This document shows, piece after piece, positions 54,544 to 64,000 of a DNA stretch of 64,000 nucleotides. The DNA comes from the human T2T-CHM13v2.0 reference genome, Homo sapiens, in NCBI RefSeq assembly GCF_009914755.1, contig NC_060927.1; one strand, written 5' to 3'. Numbering within the stretch: the first letter of the stretch is position 1; every line of letters begins with the position of its first letter. The translations under genes and the position numbers were made by a program. The notes under the pieces were generated by a model. The model was not told where the DNA came from. It did not search any database and was given only the letters and a program-made list of their open reading frames with translations.

Positions 54544-57399
54544 ACAGCATAGGTTGTTCATATCTTCGGTGTCAAGGGCTTTTGGAATTTTATTATCATT
54601 TTTTCCACAATTGAGAGACATAGTTCAAGTGATCTCTTTTGGTGTCAGTTCTGACGTAGCATACAAGCAGCTTCAATAGCACTGGGTTCCTGGTGCTAGC
54701 ACTTGGAGGGCCTATGGGCTGGGGTCCTAGGCTCAGGGTTTCGTGAACCTAGTGTGGCACCTGGGTCTTGTGTAAGGTTCACTCTCTGTGGCAGGGTTAG
54801 ATGTAGGTTGCCCACAGAGCCATGGTCTGTGTCTCTGAGGCACCCCTAGCAGCTTGAGTCCAAGGAGCCAGGTTGTAGCTGTGATTCTACAGTTGGGGAG
54901 AAGGGCACAGTACTCGCCTGACTCTGCAGAAGAAGGGGTGTTCTGGAGGATTGGGCTGGGAGAGGGGTACAGCTACCATTTGGGAACCTGCACAAATAGC
55001 ACTCAGTGGCAACTTGGGCTTCAAGAGATGAGGTGCCAAGTGATGAGGTGACTCTAGACCCTGGGATTGCGAGGCTCAGCAGTATCCCAGGCTCTGTGAG
55101 GCCAAGTGCAGTGGCAGCAAGTACCCCAGAATGGTAAAGCACAGGTGTTATTTGAGCCCTAAGGGACAGGGAACAGCACAGCAATGACTTCACTCCTTAG
55201 GGAGAGGGGAGTCTCAGCATCTCAGACTCTAGGGGAGTAGTCCAACTCCAAGGAAGCAGTGTAATAGAGTAGTTTGGCTTGTAGGGCAAGGTGTCTCAGC
55301 TCAGCCTCTGCCCTGTTTATGTAGCATGTGGGGTATTATTTCAGGTCAGCCCTGAGATGTGTAGCTGCTCAGCTCAGCCAGGGCACCAATTCCTCAGGGG
55401 ATGATATGCCACTTCACTTCAGACCTGGAGATTATGACCTATTCTGGGTGGGCCAAGCCCCGCTTCCCTGAATACAGGGCACCACTTCAGCTTAGGTACT
55501 GTGGTGCATGACCACTCTGGTAGTCAAGGAACCATTTCTTGGGATGCAGGGCACTGCTTCAACTTGGGCACAGGGAAAGTGTGACTGTTCTGAGTGGCCA
55601 AAGTACTGTTTTCCCAGGAGACAGGGTATTGCTTTAACTTAGGCCTGAGGAGAGACAAGAAAGGGTAGGTTGAGTGGCTCCACTTCCACTTGGTCCCACA
55701 AGAAAGGAGATAACAACTGTCCAAAGCTTGGCTTAGAGAGGTTGGGCCATCAGGTAGGGGTGCTTTGGCAATGGCTTAACTTCAGGATTGAAGAGGTTCC
55801 ATGGCTACTCACCCCTGAAGCAAGACACACTCCAGCCATAGTTCCATATCCAAGATGACATAGTGCAGTAGCTGCTTGGGCCAAAGAAGGCAGAGTACAG
55901 TGTTGGCTTCTCTGGGGGAGCACAGCTATGAGGACTTTAGACAACTCTCTCAGCTGAGGTTACGACCTCTGAGGATTATAGGGGACCCCAGTGGTAAGGT
56001 CTGTAGGTGTTCAAGATATTGACGGGGTTTGTTGGGATCCTCTTCCTTACCTCCTTGCCATAGGGAAAAGTTATTCCTGGTTCTTAGTTGATACCAGTTG
56101 GGGCATAGAGTGGTGGAGGCCCAGTGTTTCCTTTCATTCTTGATGTGGCTATTCCAAGCTTCTGGGCTCACCGGAGTTTCTGTTATTCCTTTGATGCACT
56201 GTGGTGCTCTCCTTCAGTTATGTTCATTAAAATGTAGCTGTTTATTCTTTATTCTATTATTGTGAAGGGGATGAGTACTATAGGTTTCTAGTAGCCCGTC
56301 TTTTTGACATCACCCTCCCCTCCCAAATTTCTTAAAAACTGTTTCTAAAAAGCTGTAATATCCTTATATTTCAACTACACACTTGTGCATACATTAAGAT
56401 TGCACCATTATATTAAGTTGAACCAGCCAATGTTTCCTATTTAAGGCCTAGATTCTTTAATAAACTTGGGGCATACCATGATCACCAAAATCAATGGTTT
56501 GCCAACATGAGCATTTATTTAGACAGGGCAGGGGCACCTAAAGGTATTTTCCTTGACACTTGTACCATTAGATATAGCTGGCTTGTTGTAAAATTTTGTT
56601 GCAGTAGATTAGAGGAGAAAATAAAACATGAGATTGTTAGACTTAAGCACATCCAGAAAGCAAATGTGAATACTGATGGCCTGATATCAAAGAATGAGTG
56701 GAAAATACATATAAAATGGCCAATGCCTATATCTTTGAAAAAATCATAATATGCTTTTGGAAAAATTGGGCAGATTAAATGAAAATAAGTTTCAAGTTGG
56801 ATCATGTAGCATTGGGACAAACTGTCAGACTGAATCATCATAACACAGATGTTCAGCAAAAATCATTTTTATTGGTAAACCATAAGATTAAATTACATTC
56901 AAAACACATGACTAAATAAAACAGAGAAGTATTTTAAGTATAAGAAAAATTTCATCCAAAATTGTCAAAATATATTTTAAATTATTGTTTAAAGGGGGTG
57001 ATAAATTCAACCATTACTCATTCACTAAGAGCTTTAGTCTGATAAAACTACTGCAACACAGCAGTTACTTTTAAGGAGCTTTAAAAAATTTACAATGCTG
57101 TTAAGTCACATTATGCAGTTCGCAAACTTTCAATGAATATGCTGTTAGGTAGCATCATACTTATTTGGTTGATAGAAACTATTGACCAAATTGTTTAAAT
57201 AATTTCATTAAAATCGTGGAACACCAACCACGATGGTAGAACTAGAAATCACATCTGTTGAATGACACTTGGGTACATCCTGAATTTTCTGACCAATTTA
57301 CTTCGAAATATATATCTATCTATCTGTATCAACTTTAGAGAAAAAAAAACTGTTTTTTTTTTCTCTAAAATATGTGAAACGGAAGTCATTATATCTCCC

Positions 57400-58210
57400 T
57401 ATGTCTGTTCTTCACTGCCCAAGCTAGGAATCTGGCAGTTTTCCCAAACTCACCTCTTAGACCCATATGTCAGTCACCTACTGCTACTACCTAATACTGT
57501 AAGTATGCCACCTGGACAGCTTCTGAACCTATCCCCCAGAGTCTTTCTCCAATATTTTATCTTCTCTTGCCTTGTCTGTGACTCTAACCTTAACTCCTCT
57601 TTAGGCTTTTTTCTCTCTTCACTCCATTTCGTTAGATATCTATCTGTATCATTTTATCTTTAACATTATTTTCTCTAGATTCAAATCTAATTACTTTTAC
57701 TCCCTCACTTGAAAACTTCCAGGGCTCCTTATTGCCTACAAGAAAAAGCCCCGATCTCTTAGTATGAGCTGAAAACTTTTCACCACATTGCACCCTGCCT
57801 GCATGTCTGACTATCCTCTGCTATTTTTTCATATGAATGCCCTGCACCCTGTACTCTTATGCTCCTTCCTGACTTTGTACTTGCTGTTCTGTCTGCCTGC
57901 CCATGCATCCCTTTTCTATTTCATATGCTCCTATTATTCTTTTTACTCTGCTTAAATTTGACCCTGCTCAAGCATATATTTGTTTGTATAGATTTACTCA
58001 AACCTTCCAGGGAAAATTAGTTGTTCTGAATTCTTTGCCTTAGAGTGTTTATCTACCTATTTTCTATTACATATTATAACATATCCTACCTTTTACCCTC
58101 TATTTATGCATTTTCCCCCAGACTTAGACCTTTATTCAGCTCAGTATCTTCAGCACACTAGCACAGAAACTTGTACATGGTAGATTTTTAGTAAACATCT
58201 TATGAGTGGA
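57400..58210 (+). mobile_element. L2 fragment
   Basis: Pyrimidine-rich L2-like text ending in a decayed CTAGCACAG...CATGGTAG...AGTAAACAT...ATGAGTG 3' end. Confidence 0.6.
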
Positions 58211-59389
58211 TTTATCATTTTTCAGTACTTTTGAATAGTGAAGGAAAATGCTTTCTGTCAGTGTTTGTTCCTGTCTTATAGGGGACTTGATTCTCTTTTG
58301 AATCATGTGTTATAATTAAGAGTAAATGGCATCCATGTTTCTTCATTCTCAACTTCCTATTATCATCAAGCTGATGAAAGTGAGCTGATACCATTGCTCT
58401 ATTATTAGCTATGTTCCATAATTGGTCAGGAATTTCACGTTTTATTAACACAAGTTCCTGTACCTTTCCCACTACCATGAATTATTGAGTGTTCAGTATG
58501 CATGACTCATATGGCTAGGAAAATTATATTTGGCATGCCTAGAAAAGTCAGACTATGATCTTGAAGTAAGTTAGAATAGAATTAGAATGAGTGAGGTGTA
58601 TTAAAATATGTAAAATATCATAGTTCATTTTCCTAAAAGGAATCTAGAGACCCCCACATCTCATCAAGTTGTTCTAAATACGACACCTAAAAGTGTTACT
58701 ACTAGGTTTTTAAGTAGCAGGGCAAAATTAGGAACTGCAAATATTTGGCAGCAAATAATTTCTTTTTAAACATTCATCATAAATGAGCTAATTAGATTTA
58801 CTCCAGGAAATTTCCGACATGGTTAAAGGCATATGAAAAAGACCAAAGAGAAATAGGGCACATTTGCTAGATCTGGAGTAATACAAATAAAATACAAGTG
58901 TGTTAGATTAAGAAATTTCCATGGTATTGCTTTTTAAATTTTTAAATGGACTTTTAAATGTCCAGTACATATATAGTTTACATCTAGGAACTTTGGATGT
59001 CCCCTTTTAATCTCTCATAGTATCAGTAAATTGCATTTTTATATAATTCCTGCTGATCTCTTGTAATGTTTATTCCTAGAATGATTAGATGGTTGGTTGG
59101 ATGGATGGAAAGAGAGATGGATTTTAGATCTCTGATGCTGTTATAAATGGGATCTTTTCTTTTTTATTTTCAAATTGCTTGTAAAGGTGTAGTACATTCA
59201 CAATTTTATTCACAGTGTATTCACATGTACATAATATAGATTGAAAAAATATTATAATTAATTTGATCTTCCTCAATAGCCCAGACTTATTTATTTGTTG
59301 AGGAAAATAAAAACGTCTAATTATTTACATTTAAAAATTTAATCTATTCTATTAATTAAATAGCACTTTTAGTTTTTATTTTATATCTT

Positions 59390-59960
59390 TTTTAAACAAA
59401 AGATATTTTGAGGTAATCATCAATTCGCATATATTTCATATGCAAGAAATAATAACAAGAACTCTGTATACTCTTTTCCATTTTCCACAATGGTAACATC
59501 TTATAAAGCTGTAGTATAATATCCCAACCAAGATGTTGTCATTGATACAGTAAGATACAGAATATGTCTATCACTGAAAGTATCACTCATGTTGCTCTTC
59601 TATAGCCACATCCACTTCCCTCCCAGCTCCGCCCCCTCCTTAGCCATTGGCAACCACAAATCTGTTCTCCATTTGTATAGTTTTGTCATGTCAAGAATGT
59701 CATATAAATGGAACCATATAGTATGTGATATTTGGGGACTGACATTCTTTACTTAGCATTATTCTTTTTAAAAATTTTTAATTTTTGTGGGTACATAGTA
59801 GGTTGGTGTATATGTATTTATGGGGTACATGAGCTGTTTTAATACAAGCATGCCATGTGATATAAGTACATCGTGATGCATGGGGTATCCATCGCCTCAA
59901 GCATTTATCTATTGAGTTGCAAACAATTCAATTACACTCTTAAATAGTCCTTTTAAATGA
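59390..59960 (-). mobile_element. Two adjacent old L1M 3'UTR fragments (about 59390-59764 and 59765-59960)
   Basis: GGCAACCACAAATCTGTTCTCC...; TTTTGTGGGTACATAGTAGG...CCTCAAGCATTTATC. Confidence 0.7.
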
Positions 59961-60000
59961 TATTCCTAATTTCCAGATTTCTCTATCCTGTCCTCTTCCT

Positions 60001-62404
<2,404 letters not shown>

Positions 62405-63384
62405 CTGTCTTCTTTCTAAAATGACGTGAACCTAGTGCATTGAGGGAAATGAAGCTTATGTAACCCTGTGAAAAGAATAGTGGAGATCCTCAAATGTGTT
62501 TTCCTAGGGCTTCATGGTTCTCAAAGGCGATGTCTCTGTTACTTGCTGATTACTGTTCATCCTGCAGCCATTCCCTACTGAAGCTGGCAGTTGGAACTTA
62601 GGATCTGTCTCTCTCAGATTGGTGAAGGAAACTGGTAACTCCCAGCTAGTGACCAGATCACACTTTGGCTTCTGCTGACTCCTAAATCTGTGACATATTC
62701 ACCCCCAGCTTCTTTAAAGTCATCTCATCCCTCACTTTGATTAGTGTCATAGCAAGGATGATGGCTTTCAACTTGACCACCTTCCAATTCTCCTCAAGAG
62801 GCTGAAGGAAGTTCTGGATCTGACTGATGCAACCCCCAAATCAGAAAAACATCAGGGCTTTTGCCTGCTAAGTTTAGTTGATGGTTATAATAATGAGAGA
62901 GACCACTATTGAAATAGGTTTCCTCATTTCATTAGAGCTCATAGAATTCTGGGGTTGATGATAGAGACAAATCGTCTACAAAATGCCTAGAAAGGAATAG
63001 TCCCATCATAGTAGCAAAGCTACACTAAAAATCAGAGTGAATTGGCCCTCAGACAATTTTGAAAGTAAATTAGAGATCATGCAATTCCTAAGACCAAAAT
63101 AGAAGGTCAGTCCGTTAAAATCTTTCTTGGTCTGAATAACTGGAAAAACACATCTCAAAAAGAATGACTTGCATTACCATCCTCAGAGCTGCTTAATAAA
63201 ATAACAAGTTGGGTCTCTCTGAAGAAGGACCATGTTATAACATCTGAACTTGGTAATAGGACTTTTCAGTCATCTGCAAGGACACCTGAGATCCTTTACT
63301 AATGTGACTGTGCATTCAGGCAAGAGACATATTTAGACTTTGCGTGCAATACTATACATTATTTTATTTTAAAAAATGCTTAAA

Positions 63385-63912
<528 letters not shown>

Positions 63913-64000
63913 GAGCATTCATTTGGAATTAATGAGAGTTCTTTGGGATTCCCAATACTTCTGAAGTCCACTGGTCATTGGGAGGCTCATGAGGATCAGT

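Larger units (their letters stand above)
51100..56318 (-). mobile_element. Old L1MA/L1M element with an intact 5'UTR, a large ORF1-ORF2 deletion and three nested LTRs
   Basis: 15-bp TSD CCTCCCAAA[C/T]TTCTT (51085-51099, 56319-56333); ORF2 to about 53680, then the ORF1 N-terminus (MKKQGNMIPPKE) and the 5'UTR. Confidence 0.85.

Overview
This is AT-rich, repeat-dominated primate genomic DNA. An L1PA2-type insertion points to the human/great-ape lineage. I find no intact host gene, RNA gene or CRISPR array; nearly all long ORFs in the track are decayed L1 ORF1/ORF2 pieces, their antisense frames, or Alu/LTR frames. The only host-gene-derived feature is a near full-length processed pseudogene of the homeobox gene VENTX (about 60001-62404, minus strand), whose recognition helix is split by an Alu. 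About 40% of the window is L1: a full-length L1PA7-like element with a nested L1PA2, a full-length L1PB-like element, two internally deleted L1s and three 5'-inverted (twin-primed) L1s. There are also about 20 solo LTRs (MER4-group, LTR7, LTR10, MER50, LTR1, MLT2A, THE1/MST, MLT1), several Alus and old DNA transposons. I cannot support a new biological system here. The best unexplained signals are: (1) a 106-bp non-repeat sequence copied in inverted orientation 6.5 kb away into an MLT1 LTR; (2) two independent twin-primed L1s that share the same internal priming nucleotide; (3) five MER4-group LTRs stacked in one L2; (4) a complete minus-strand bias of the younger retroposed inserts; (5) an AP-1 motif cluster in an LTR10. 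Repeat subfamily names come from recalled consensus features, not from a search, and need RepeatMasker/Dfam confirmation.
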